DNA from: Squalus acanthias
Taxonomy: Eukaryota
NCBI GenBank assembly: GCA_030390025.1
Contig: JASTWF010000036.1
Location: 1,922,001-1,986,000 of the forward strand
Reading direction: 5' to 3'
DNA length: 64,000 bases
Within the stretch, counting starts at the first letter, position 1. Each line of letters opens with the position of its first letter. Shown piece after piece: positions 12,131 to 25,060 of this stretch. Below the pieces are notes generated by a model that was not told the origin of the DNA, ran no database searches, and saw only the letters and a program-made list of their open reading frames with translations. The position numbers and the translations under genes are program-made.

Positions 12131-13099
12131 ATCTATCACTGAATGTCGAAGCCCTTTTTCTAGGGCTCCTCAGATGGGTAAATACATTCCGTGGTGTGAT
12201 GCTGATCCATACATACCAGGACGGTTCCAGGCTTGATCGCTGGGGCAGCAGTGAATGTACTGCAATAGGCCCTGTTTCTGGAGCTCCTAATCCCCTGTTT
12301 CTGGTGCCCTAACTTCTCCTTATATGGCTCAGTGTCAAATTTAGTTTATGCTAACGCTCCTGTGTTGTCAGGTTCTGTTATGTCTGTCTGAGTTCAGCTT
12401 TACTCATCCCAGGGCCATCTTCACTGAAGTGTCAGCCCCCTGCTGCTTGTGGGGTGTTTGAATACCTCTTAGTGAGTTGGCACTTTTCTTCACTGTGACA
12501 GAAACTGTCCAAAAGTTGTCAGTTTTGTTGATAGTTGACAGTTTATTCTGTCATTCCCGTGAGCAGTACATGACTTGCCAGATCATATATATGTTGATCT
12601 ATTACAAGTGACTCCCACATCATCCTCCGAAGGTCTCAAGGACTGCCTACTTCCTAAAAGCACTGACTTTTCAGACTCATTGACATTGTGATGGGAACTG
12701 CTACTGTCTCACTGTCTGCTAAAGCCACCTAGCTCAAAGAGTGAGCCTTTAGCTTAATGGTAGCATCCCCACTTCTGAGTCAGGGCTAGCGCAGAGTTCG
12801 AACCCCACTCCAGACAGTCCCTGAGCTCTGACTTTGAATTCTGGGTTGTCGTCGAGCGGGAGACTGGTGTCCGGTGGGTGTGGGTGACCCCCCGCCCCTC
12901 ATCGTATGGGTTGTGGGAGCCCATAAAACCCTCCTGCCACATAGGACTAACCCTCCTATTGGCTGGTATAAAGATGGTCACAGTCATGGAAGGAGAGCTC
13001 ATGTCGCGGCCTGTCAGACTATTAATCAGCCTGCGGAGTCCTTCCACTACTTCACACTGTTCTCCAAGGGAAATGTGTGAAGATTAAAAACAACAATTA

Positions 13100-14700
13100 T
13101 TAATGAAATGGAATTGTAGCACTCCTGTGGGACAGCAACCACAGAATGATAAAATTGAACATGATCTGGGAGCCAGAAATACCTCCGGTCAGGTACATCA
13201 CTTTAAAAGGGCTAAATTTGATGAAATGAAGTGGTTGTTCAACAATGCTTCAGTAGAAGATAAGTGGAACACCATTAAAGGTATAATGCTGAGCAGTCAC
13301 ATATCTGACAAAGCTCAAACGCAACCCGAAATGGATCAACAAACAAGTTAGAAGTGAGATAAAGGTGAAAAATGGCCTGTAGGGAGAAAGGAGAAGGGGC
13401 CCACTGGGATGAATATAAGAAAATGCAGAAACATATGAAAAGGGTGATCAGCAACGTTCCCGTTAAGCCGCGCAAGCCGCTTGCCGGCTTCTCAATGGGA
13501 GATTTCGCGCACGCGTGAAATTTTGAATGGGCCGCGCAGCCCTTTAAAGGGACCGCCCACCCAAAAAAAAAAATTTGGGGTGACATTGGTGATCAGAGAG
13601 GCAAAGGGAGACCTGGAGAAGGACATAGCCATTGAGGCTAAACGGAACGGCAAAAAATTCTTTGTGAATGAGTACTTCTTCTGCGTATATGAGCAACACG
13701 CCCTCTCCAAACAAAGATTCCCCAAGTATAATCAGTGACTTCACTGCAAATGAGATGGAAGACCTAGACAGGCTAAATGGGCTCAAAACAAATATATCTC
13801 CAGGAATAGATTGTATTTGTCCCAGACTGCTGAGAGAGACTATTGTATCTCATTGCATTGACAGAGACGAGGGAGGAGATTGTTGAGGCAGTGACAACCA
13901 TTATGACTGAGTCAATGAGCACAGCCAATCATTGAGGGGGTCACTGAGGAAGTACCAGAAGATTGTAAACAGGCTCATGTGACACCCACATTCAAAAAGG
14001 GTGACAAAACAAACACAGGCAACTACAGACCCGTTAGTCTTACTACCATTCCATGTAAAATGATGGAACTGATTATCGGAAGTAAGCTTGCGGATTATTT
14101 ATACAACTATAATGCGGTTAACAGCAGTTAGCATGGATTCAGAAGGGGAAGACCCTGCCTGATTAAGCTCCTCGACTTCTTTAAGGAAGTAACAACCCAA
14201 GTGGACTGTGGGAAGCCCTATGACGTGGTGTACCTTGACTTCCAAAAGGCTTTTGACAAAGTTCCACATGAAAGGCTGTTAATTAAACTCAAAGCTGTGG
14301 GGATTCAGGGTAAACCCTGGGAATGGATAAGAAACTGGTTGGAGGTCGGAGACAACAAGTAGTCATTAGGTGAGTTATGTCAGAATGGGAGGAGGTACTG
14401 AGCGTGGTGCCTCAGGGCTCAGTGCTGGGACCACCATTGCTTCTAATTGACATAAACGACCTGGATTCAAAAACTCCAATCAAAGTGGCCAAATTGGCAG
14501 GTGATATCAAACTGGCAATCAGAAGAGGCAGCTCAGAAATGACAGAACAACATATGTAAGTGGGCAGAACAATGGCAGATGAAATTTAATGCAGACAGGT
14601 GCAAAGTACTGCACGTAGGAAGAAGTAATAGATGACATATATACTCCACGAATGGTGTTGAAATGGCTAAGAATGAAGCTGAACGAGACCGAGGAGTCTA
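13100..14700 (+). mobile_element. Old CR1 LINE ORF2 fragment with many stops and frameshifts
   Basis: Remnants of TPTFKKGDK, GNYRPVSLT, YLDFQKAFDKVPHERL, VPQGSVLGP and WAEQWQMKFN. Confidence 0.85.
13452..13588. mobile_element. hAT-like MITE, 137 bp, inserted in CR1
   Basis: Perfect 8-bp TSD GTGATCAG (13444-13451 and 13589-13596). Termini CAACGTTCCC...GGGGTGACATTG. Confidence 0.85.
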
Positions 14701-15342
14701 GACTCATTGCTAAATTCAGATTGTGATGTCCATGTTTGTCCAAGTACATTATGCCTACAGCAACTGACAGCTATTATTGGCTTCAAATTTGTTTATGAAT
14801 TGAATTTATATTACTTCAATTCCATTCATTACAATTCATTTGCAATTATAATTACACTGAGTTTAGAAACAAGACACAGTGCCAATAATAAGTTCAACAA
14901 CGTGCACTTGTAAGTCCTCTTACCAAGCCAGTAATAGACTAAACAATCGCTGCCATAGCAACCCCTACTGCCCCTGATATACCATCGACTGAAATTAAAG
15001 TCTGTAAATTTCCAATGCTGAACAGCACAAAGTCAATTAGCCTGCATCAGTGAAGAGATTGGCAATCATAGTGTTGTAAAATTCGAGATGTTCTCACTCA
15101 CAACATCGCATTTAGATTAATTGTCTTGCCTGTGTGTATTCATTATTGTTTAATTAATTACGAGAAGGGATAAAGATTGTAAATCAGGAGGCTTTTGGGT
15201 CTTATTTTTGCAGATTTTGTGCCAAACCCTCGTGAACGTTTGGCACGACATAATAGCAAAGGTGAGCTGTCGTGAAATTGAAGTCCTCGCGCATTTTTCA
15301 CTCACCCTGTTAAATTCTGCAGTTGCTTCATCCAGGCTTTTG

Positions 15343-15750
15343 AACAACAACGTGCATTTATCTAGCGCCTTTAGCAGAGTAAAACATCCCAAGGTGCTTC
15401 ACAGGAGCGATTATCAGACAAAATTTGACACCGAGCCACATAAGGCGATATTAGGACAAGTGGCCAAAAGCTTGGTCAAAGAGGTAAGTTTTAAGGAGCG
15501 TCTTAAAGGAGGAAAGAGAGACAGAGAGACGGAGAGGTTTAGAGAGGGAATTCCAGAGCTTAGAGCCTAGGCAGCTGAAGGCACGGCCACCAGTGGTGGG
15601 GCGAAGAAAATCGGGGATGCTCAAGAGGCCAGAATTGGAGGAGCGCAGAGATCTCGGAGGGTTGTAGAGCTGGAGGAGGTTACAGAGATAGGGAGGGGTG
15701 GGGGAGGTGGCGTGAGGCCATGGAGGGATTTGAACACGAGGATGAGAACT
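15343..15750 (-). mobile_element. L2 LINE 3' end
   Basis: Reverse complement of the 52800-53170 region. Contains a single copy of the unit that is amplified at 58501-62726. Confidence 0.88.
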
Positions 15751-16279
15751 TTAATTGTTCTGCACCTGAGAGATGCAGCAGTGAAAGACAACAACTGGAA
15801 ACTAAAACAAGGCAGCTAATTACTGACAGGCTGACCTCGTCGCTAATGAATACTTGCTGCCTGAATGTGGTCAGTCGGAAGCTTTTCGGAATTTCAGATA
15901 TCAGTATCGCTGCTCTGAAACAAAAAGCTACTTGAGGTGGCCAAACAGGACAGATTATGTAGACCCATGGGATATGATTTATGTCTGACGTGCTAACTTA
16001 CGAGTAATAGAGCTACGAGTGAGTTATGACTAGTGCCATGAGTGGGATATAAATGGTATCCCTTGGGTTTTCGTAATGCATTCTGTCTTAAACTATATGT
16101 TAAAAGTTAATTAAAGCATTAAGTGACATTAATTAGATAAAAAGGTAGAAAAAAGGATGGGCTTAATGATGTTCTGGATCACTTTGCGGTCTTATTTCAG
16201 TGGAGCTGGAGGCAGTGTGAAGGCAAATTGGTCTGTTTTGCGTACAGATTTTGAATGGTGACATTTTCTATATTCAACA

Positions 16280-17020
16280 TACAAGAGATTGCTTAGGCCA
16301 CAGTTGGGGAATTGTGCACAGTTCTGGGCACCCCATTATAGGAAGCATATTAGAGCTTGGTAAGGGTACAGCAATGATTTACTGGAATGATACGAGAAAT
16401 AAGACCTAGTAGTTATGAAGAAAGGCATGAAAACTTGGAGCTTTTTCACGAAAACAGAGAAAGTTGAGACAGGGGTTGAACACAGATTTTCCAAATTATA
16501 AAAAGCTTGGAGAGTGTAAATAGTGAAAGATTGTTTCCACTGGATGTGAATCGGTAACAAATGGTCACAGACTCCGGATTATCACTACAGGGATGAAGGG
16601 AGAACTTCGAAGCATTTTCTGCAACGTGAAATGCTTTACTGCAAGTGGCTACCGAGACAGATATCATTTAAACAGTAAATATTTGAAAAGGACGCATGCA
16701 AAAAGGATATGAGGAAAGGACGGGGAAATGGAATTCGAGTAGATAGCTCAGCTGAAGAGCTAGCATCAGCACCATAAAAAAGAAAGAGTTGCGTTTCTAT
16801 AGCGCCTTTCACAACCACCGGATGTCCCAAAGCACTTTACAGCCAATGGAGTACTTTTTGGAGTGGAGTCACTGTTGTAATGTAGGAAACACGGCAGTCA
16901 ATTTGTGCACAGCAAGCTCCCACAAACAGCAATGTGATAATGCCCAGATAATCTGTTTTAGTGATGTTGGTTGAGGGATAAATATTGGCCCCAGGACACC
17001 AGGGAGAACTCCCCTGCTAT
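16280..17020. mobile_element. Degenerate CR1 3' fragment (+) with a partial Deu-SINE (-, 16785-17020) inserted in its tail
   Basis: aattgtgcacagttctgggcaccccattataggaag (CR1 motif). SINE tail ttgcgtttctatagcgcctttcac. The CR1 tail resumes at atgggctgaatg, ~17020. Confidence 0.7.
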
Positions 17021-18668
17021 GGGCTGAATGACCCCCTTCTGTGCTGTAATTTCTGATTCTATCACTCTTTAAAACAATTTTTCAAAGGAAAACGTAGTTG
17101 CAATAATGGGAATACAATAAAACATTTCATTGAAATGATATCAGATAAGGTAGAAGACAAGTTCACAGACTGCAACATACCATAAAACTTGACAACTTGA
17201 TGCTTATTTCCCACCTAATCCTCATCAAATAAAAGAAAGAATTTACCTATTTCTGCAATAAACTCAAATGACCCGAATCATGGAGCTGGAGGCGAGGGAA
17301 GGACAATGGATCAGGGTTGAATAGTGGAGATGTGATGATTGATGAACACCCCAGAGTTTTGTTTGATGGTACAGAACCTCCCCTCAGAACACTCAACAGA
17401 TGGGATAGAGTCCAAGAATTTAATTTTTTTTTAATTCATTCACGGGATGTGGGCGTCGCTGGCAAGGCCAGCATTTATTGCCCATCCCTAGTTGTCCCTT
17501 GAGAAGGTGGTGGTGAGCCGCCTTCTTGAACCGCTGCAGTCCGTGTGGTGAAGGTACTCCCACAGTGCTGTTAGGGAGGGAGTTCCGGGATTTTGACCCA
17601 GCGACGATGAAGGATCGGCAATAAATTTCCAAGTCTTGGAGGGGAACTTGGAGGTGGTGGTGTTCCCATGCAACTGCTGCCCTTGTCCTTCTAGGCGGTA
17701 GAGGTCGCGGGTTTGGGAGGTGCTGTCGAAGATAGAGTAGAATAGTCTGTGCAATGAGTGGACTTGATGAGCTGAATGGCATTTCCTAATGAAGTCTCTG
17801 GCCTGCCGACTGTAATATACTGTGTGAAATGAGCTTTGCCAATCTCAACCTTATCCTTTGTGGGCATGCATTCACATAACAAAACTGCCCATAATTCAGT
17901 ATTAAATTGGCAGTGTCTCTCGGATTCACACTGCTGCAGTAGGGGTGGCCTTCTAGGGTTGGGTTTTAAGGCAGATTATCAGGGCGAGAGCAAAGGGAGC
18001 TTCACTCTGCACATCTGCTGTACTCGACCTGGAAATGCTTGATGACAGATGTGAGAAACAAGTTCCATTCCCCAGCACTGCCACAAACAACACAGTCAAA
18101 AACAAAATCTCATCGCAAAGAAGATGCTAATGAAATAATTGTATTAAAAACGAATTTGATCTGGCCGTAATCGAATTTCAGTTATGAACTCAAAGCTGTT
18201 CATTGGCTTTGTACCAAATCATTCCCTGCTGTGGTACAACTTGTGATGAATCAGCTCAATCTCATTCATTATTGGCCTAGGAAGAAATATATATTGAGTC
18301 ACGTCAAGTTTCTTAAGTCCCATGTTCCTTCAATAAACAAAGCCAATTATATGAAGAACAAGCAGTGTCTGGCGGCACGGTACAAGCTTGTAATGTGCTC
18401 CAGGGCTCAGTTGACATTATAAACCACGAGGGCCCACCGCAAGTAGCTGATCATTTTTTCCAACCACTCGAATGTGTCGCAGCCTTGTGCTTGCTTGCAG
18501 CTGCCCTTTCATTTTTTGTTCCTGATCCCCCAATGGCATTGCTGGTGGATGGTCAGGGCTCTGGTTCTCTACCATTCATTTCCAGAGGGGTTGTCCCAAT
18601 TGCCTGCCGTAACGTGGGTGGGAGATCGGCAGAAGCTTCAGAGACACGGGGCGAAGGGTGGGGGGGAA

Positions 18669-20180
18669 CGGGGTGTAATTTTAACCCCCAAAAATGGGTG
18701 GATTGGGGACGGGTGGGAAGTTAAAACTTTTAAAATTTCAAACCCGAACCCAACCCACCTCGAACCCGCCCACTTCCAGTAAAAAAAAGAGAGACTTGCA
18801 TTTCTATAGCGCCTTTCATCACCACCGGACGTCCCAAAGCACTTTACAGCCAATGAAGTGCTTTTGAAGTGGAGTCACTGTTGTAATGTGGGAAACGCAG
18901 CAGCCAATTTGCGCACAGCAAGCTCCCACAAACAGCAATGTGATAATGACCAGATCATCTGTTGCAGCGATGTTGATTGAGCGATAAATTTTGGCCAGGA
19001 CACCGAGGATAACTCCCCTGCTCTTCTTCAAATAGGATCTTTTATGTCCAACTGAGAGAGCAGACGGGGCCTCGGTTTAACGTCTCATCCGAAAGACGGC
19101 ACCTCCGACAGTGCAGCACTCCCTCAGCACTGCACTGGAGTATCAGCCTAGATTTTGATGCTCAAGTTCCTGGAGTGGGACTTGACCCTTATTGAAACTT
19201 ATAAAATTCTCTCGTTGAAACTTATAAAATTCTAACAGGGCTAGACAGACTGGATACAGGAAGGATGTTCCCGATGGCGGGGGAGTCCAGAACCAGGGGT
19301 CACAGTCTAAGGATAAGGGGTAAGCCATTTAGGACAGAGATGAGGAAGAATTTCTTCACCCAGAGAGTGGTGAACCTGTGGAATTCTCTACCACAGAAGA
19401 CAGTAGAGGCCAAGTCATTAAATATATTCAGGAAGGAGTTAGATATATTTCTTATGGCTAAAGGGATCAAGGGATATGGGGAGAAAGCAGGGACAGGGCA
19501 CTGAGTTTGGATGATCAGCCATGATCACATCGAATGGCGGACCAGGCTCGAGGGGCCGAATGGCCTACTCCTGCTCCTATCTTCTATGTTTCTATGACCC
19601 CACAACCTTCTGACTCAGAGGCGAGTGTGCTACCCACTGAGCCACAGCTGATACAATATTAATGCAGGCGGGACGGGTGAGGGGTTTGGGGCGACCAATC
19701 CGCTCTCAGGAGGCGGGTCAGTCATTTAAAGCTTTTAAGGAGGCTGCGTGCCTCCATTTTAACAAGATTTCTATTTTTAACTACTGTCGGCCGGGTTTCC
19801 CGGGCCTCAGGAAACCCGGCAAGTAAAAGGAGGCGAGAAGGGCTGGATCCATCAGGTAAGTGACTTTCTAGCACTACTTGTGGGCCAGGAGGAGCAGGAG
19901 TGTTTCCTCCAGGCCCAACAAGCTTACCTTGTAAATCCCCCTGCGATCTGTCCACCCCCGCCTCCTTCATGTTCTCCGACCCCCGTGATCACCGACCCCC
20001 CACGACCACCATCTCTGACAGCCGTCCCCCCGTCCATGCTCTACCCCCCAAAACCACCATTTCCCCCCCCTCCAGTGATCTCTTCCCCCCCCCCCCACCC
20101 CGTACCACAACTAGACCTACCTGTTCCTCCGCTGCATCCTTGTCCCACAGGCTTTCCCGCCCAACAGGCAGCCAGTCAAT
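18669..20180. mobile_element. Nest: GC-rich MITE (TTTTAAC family) containing a Deu-SINE (-, ~18790-19652), which contains a CR1 3' fragment (+, ~19189-19596)
   Basis: The SINE head gggacttga|...|cccacaaccttctgactcagaggcg is split by a CR1 fragment ([18 protein letters not shown]) ending ttctatgtttctatg. MITE-like sequence flanks both sides. Confidence 0.75.
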
Positions 20181-20303
20181 CAGTCAAAAGCGCTACATAA
20201 ATGCAATTGCTGTTGTTGTTATACCAATTGAAGTGAGATCGACCTTTCTATTGCACTGTACAGGCTGCGCAATACAAATTCCAGTCATTTCACAAAATAC
20301 GCT

Positions 20304-20444
20304 GGGGGAGAATTTCCTGGGGGTTCTCCCGATCTCCCGCCATAACCTCAGCGGAAGCACCGCTTTAGTCGTTTCCGACGTTTCTCCAGGGGTCTCGCCG
20401 ACCTTTCGACGGAGATCGGGAGAACCCTCGTGGAAATTCCAGGC
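20304..20444. mobile_element. Short hairpin MITE with Harbinger-like termini
   Basis: GGGGGAGAATTTCC...GGAAATTCCAGGC, with perfect internal inverted repeat gggttctcccgatctcc / ggagatcgggagaaccc. Confidence 0.7.
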
Positions 20445-20599
20445 TTCGGTTTTGGTGATTTGCTTCCACCGACAGCACATTTTGAATCCGGCAGCGTGTT
20501 TCGCTGGTCAGGACTTCACTTTGAGCGAAGCAAGGCCTTCTCATTGGGAAGGGGTCTGTTTGCAAGATTGCAATTCAACTTAACAGCTGGCCATGTCAA

Positions 20600-21032
20600 C
20601 CTGGCTCAGTCGATAGCACTCTCACCTCTGTATCAGAAGGTCGTGGGTTCAAGCCCCACTCTGGGAGCTCAACACATCATTTAGGCCGATACTTAAGTGC
20701 TACTACTGAGGGAGTGCTGCAGTGTCGGAGGTGCTATTTGTTTGCCTGTTCAGGTTGGTGTATAAGATCCCATAGCACTATTTTAATGAAGAGCAGGGGA
20801 GTTCTCCCCAGTGTCCTGACCAATATTCATCCCTCAATTAACACCTCCCAAAAGAGATCATCTGCTCATTTATCTCATTGCTGTTTGTGGGAGCTTGCTG
20901 TGCACCAATTGGCTGCTGTGTTTGCCTACATTACAACAGTGACTACACTTTAAAAATAATTCATTGGCTGGGAATGACTTAGGGATGTCCTGAGGATGTG
21001 AAAGGCTCTGTATAAATGCAAGTTCTTTCTTC
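20600..21032 (+). mobile_element. Deu-domain SINE, diverged
   Basis: tggctcagt...gggttcaagccccact head followed by the Deu body. Confidence 0.8.
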
Positions 21033-21722
21033 CTTATAGTTTGACTTAAGAGGAGTAGACTGCAATGCAATAGTTTTAGTTTAGAATGCCAATCCCTCTA
21101 AGCTTCCATCAGCAGTTTGAGAGTGTCTGGTCCAGAACAGTTTCCCGATTAAATACTATGCTTTCATTACAAGTACCACTACTTAATGAATACAGAGTGA
21201 GCGTGTGAACAGATTGGCTGCATTTCATTTTGACCGAAGACAGGTAATAAAATTACTGTACCATTTACATGAAGTAATAGGAGTCAGGTTTGTGATAAGG
21301 TTGTGATGATTGATTCTACATCGCAGAACAGAGCAAAGAGCTTATAAACTAATGTGGGAAAAATCACTCAGGATGGTCCATATTCAGGGTCACTGGCTGA
21401 CAGTGACGGAATCTTGTTTTGATTGCATGGGATTCCAGAATTCTTAAAGGTGATTTGAACATAAGAAATAAGAGCAGGAGTAGGCCATGCGGCCCCTCGA
21501 GTCTTCAATGAGATCCTGGCTGATCTTCTACCTCAACTCCACTTTCCCGCCCTATCCCCATATCAATTTGGAACCACATTGTGCAATTCCGTCCATTTGT
21601 TTCCTTCAAAACTGAAAATATACGGCCTTGCCCATATTGAATTATTTTTTTTAAGTCAAGGAAAGGGATGCTGGTGCCAAGGAATGAAACAGTTTTCCAC
21701 TTTCTACACGGTGTCAGCATCA

Positions 21723-22190
21723 ACATAAGAACATAAGAAGTAAGAGCAGGAGTAGGCCATTCGGCCCCTCGAGCCTGCTCCGCCATTCAATAGGATCATG
21801 GCTGATCATCGACCTCAACTCCACTTTCCCGCCTGATCCCCATATCCCTTGATTCCCCTAGAGTCCAAAAATCTATCGATCTCAGCCTTGAATATACTCA
21901 ACGACTGAGCCTCCACAGCCCTCTGGGGTAGAGAATTCCAAAGATTCACCACCCTCTGAGTGAAGAAATTCCTCCTCATCTCAGTCTTAAATGGCCGACC
22001 CCTTATCCTGAGACTGTGACCCCTAGTTCTAGACACTCCAGCCAGGGGAAACAACCTCTCAGCATCTACCCTGTCAATCCACTTCAGAATCTCGTATGTT
22101 TCAATGAGATCACCTCTCATTCTTCTAAACTCCAGAGAGTATAGGCCCATTCTACACAATCTCTTATCATAAGATAACCCTCTCATCCCA
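21723..22190 (-). mobile_element. CR1 3' end; short tail fragment also at 21459-21565
   Basis: LYSLEFRRMRGDLIETY...[18 protein letters not shown]; tail (acataaga)n on the + strand. Confidence 0.9.
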
Positions 22191-23399
22191 GCGCTCCCAG
22201 GTCAGGGTCTGCAGATGCCTCCACTCTGACCCCATGTGCCTTAACTCCAACTGCAGAAAAATGCTTCCTGTTGCACCAATGTGACATCTCCCGTTCCACC
22301 ACCAGCCCTCCTTGGGCTATGCTTGTGGCTCACTTCTGCTAAACAGATTCAAATAGTGGGCAGAGAGGAACGGCAATCGTAAAATCCAAGCTGATGTGTC
22401 TGTTGAACTCCTTCACACTGCACATAGCACCGTAATATTCTCAAATGGTATTTTGTAGGAGAATGTCTGGGAGAAACCAAAGGGCCTTTGGAGAAAGACT
22501 CCTAAAGAGGCAAAAAGATAGGTGGAAGGTTGAGGGGGTGGGAGGCGTCACAATAAATAATCTCTGAAAAGGATCTGAAATCTGGCCTTTGCTCATTGGA
22601 ATGTCAGCCCAGTTATCCTGCAGGGGTTGCCGACATACAGCCAAAGAAATAAATAATATCTTCTCCAAAAGCATAAAGGTTCATCCTTCAGAGACCAGTC
22701 TGGCCTTTCGCGCTCACGTCTGTTAAATCTGTAGCTGTTGACCCATTAAAAGGCATCACCTTTGGCCAAGGCATCGTCAGTTACCAAATCCTGTTAGAGG
22801 ATTATCTTGCCTGCATCAATAAAGTCAGCTCTTTCCCCTCCAGAGGCCAGAGTCTCGAACCCGCTGAATGTTGCCCAAATGGTACCTGCTAAGAATAGCA
22901 GGCAGGATAGCAGTTCTATCCTCTTCTCGAGAAGGTCTGAGATTTGCAGCAACAGAGTGGACATCATTACTAGCTGATTAAGGCAGGACCTTGAACAGTC
23001 CTTGAACCAGGTCAGCTAGCAAATTGACAGAAAATGGAGTTGGTGGATATGGAAAGGACATCCCAATAGCTCTTGAGGTTCAGAACCTCAGGATCACTTG
23101 TAAATTAGCCTCAGGTAGAGCCAGCCAAGACTACTTGGGAAACAGAGCATTCCTTTCCATCTGAATCCATTAATAGGACAATAGATATTAGTCCCAATTT
23201 TCCATGTCTGGCCAAAACAGGGTTGCACGGGCCCATAATGGAGGCTGCTGACACATGAAAAGTTGGTGCAGAGAGCTTGGCCTGCAGCACACGTGGCTGG
23301 AGATAAGGCTATCTGGCAAGGGAGCAGCTCTTCAAGGGCTGCAGCTTGCCTGAAAATGGGAAGTTGTGGTGGCGACAGAAAAATGGCCTACTTGTCCGG

Positions 23400-23645
23400 A
23401 ACGGAGCAGGGAGCCGTGGGCAGCGCTGCTATCTCTGATGTTGAAGCGTTGGGAGGTCCTGCTGCAGGAGGTGCATCAAAGGAGAGTTGCCCTACTTGAG
23501 GCTGAAGGCCACCTTCCAGTAAAAGGTCGGGTGGAAGCTGCACGGAGGGAGGTCACCAACCAAATCAACCCAATCACCCAGCTCACTTGTACCTGGCTGC
23601 AAATGAGAGAGACGTTTCCTGGTATCAGGAGGAAGGCGAAAGTAA
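23400..23645 (+). pseudogene. Fossil Myb/SANT-like DNA-binding domain (NAIF1/MSANTD type) of a Harbinger transposon
   Basis: EVLLQEVHQRRVALL...EAARREVTNQINPITQLTCTWLQMRETFPGIRRKAK follows the pattern ExLLxxVxxRxxxL...AWxEVAxxVNxxxxxxRTWxQxRKKFxDL. The N-terminus appears frameshifted. Confidence 0.6.
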
Positions 23646-23834
23646 CTGCACTGCTCAGTTCTGCTCACATTTCTCGTGGGACCTGTCAACCATGACACTG
23701 GGAGGTACCATTCCAAGCATTGTACACAACCATTGCGCTTTTGCACACATGCTTTCAGTGTGCCTCATGGCACCTTTTCCTTGGAGGTGGAGGGGTCAGC
23801 TAAGGAACAGCACACAGATGCCATATCTCAGTAG

Positions 23835-24075
23835 TAAAGCGTCTCAAGGTGCTTCACAGGACTGTTATCAAACAAAATTTGACATCGAGCCATATAAGGA
23901 GATATTGGGACAGGTGACCAAAAGCTTGGTCAAAGAGGTAGGTTTAAAGGAGGAGAGAGGCGGAGAGGTTTAGGGAGGGAATTCCAGAGCTTAGGGCCCA
24001 GGCAGCTGAAGGCACGGCCGCCAATAGTGGAGCGATGGAAATCAGGTATGCGCAAGAGGCCAGAATTGGAGGAAC
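23835..24075 (-). mobile_element. L2 LINE 3' end
   Basis: caaaagcttggtcaaagaggtagg...gggaattccagagcttagggcccaggcagctgaaggcacggcc. Confidence 0.85.
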
Positions 24076-25060
24076 AGTTTGAGGGAAATGCCCGCTTTTC
24101 AGACCATCAAACCCAGTCCGATAGCAGCAAACAAAAAATGGAAGATTAGTTTAGTTACAACAGAACTATTTCACTTTCCAATATTTTACTGTGAGCTCTT
24201 TGTTAGCTGACGGTGAGCGCAGCCGCCTAACCTCCCTCTCCCAACTGAAGGGGTGACAAATACAGTCATTAACGCTTAAGCCGTCATTAATACTGATCAG
24301 TAACTAATTCGTTAATGAAATGCACGGCTGCCTGAAGGGCAGTACCTTGAGCGTGTGTCTCTCTCGTTTCAAGTCATCGTTTCTCCGTGCATTCTCTTCG
24401 CAATTAGTCAACAAAGAGAAAGGAGAGGCTGACCTTTTTTCCCAGCATCTTTCACGCCACAGGGCGAATAAAGCAGTCGCTCTCCATTCCAAGTCCAATC
24501 GGTGCGTTGAGTGCATTGTCTATCTCTCCCGGAGAGGCCTCGGGCCTCTCATTACAGCAAACTGCTTAAAATAAAGCAGGCCCGTGCAGCTGCCAGCGCT
24601 TCGCTGAGCTGCACTTTCCTCGAGAAGGGAAGTCATTCTGTTTTTTCCACCTGCGCGCGGCTGTTGCTTATTGTTACATGATGTTTTGAGAACAACGTGT
24701 GTGCAGCAACTCTGTGAGGAGCTGCTCCATTTCGGGGCCCTGGCTTTACCTCAACTTTTTTTTTTAATGGAACTTGAACGCGCATTTACATTGGTTCGTG
24801 CTGAAGCGCAGAACCAGATTAAGAATTCTTGGGGCGCAGGGCACCAATAACATTTGGAGCCCTTCCGCACCCACCCCTTGCAGTGACAAATGACGGTATT
24901 TAGATTGTAAGGAATCTGCTGATTCTTCTTCACCCTCCTTCTGACAGTACTTTTAACTGCGGGAATATTTTAATCCAGTGGTTGTGTACAGTTTTTCTGC
25001 GTTATGGGGAGTTTTCCCGGGAGCCCTAAAATCGCACGGAGCCCTGTAGGCTCGCACAGG

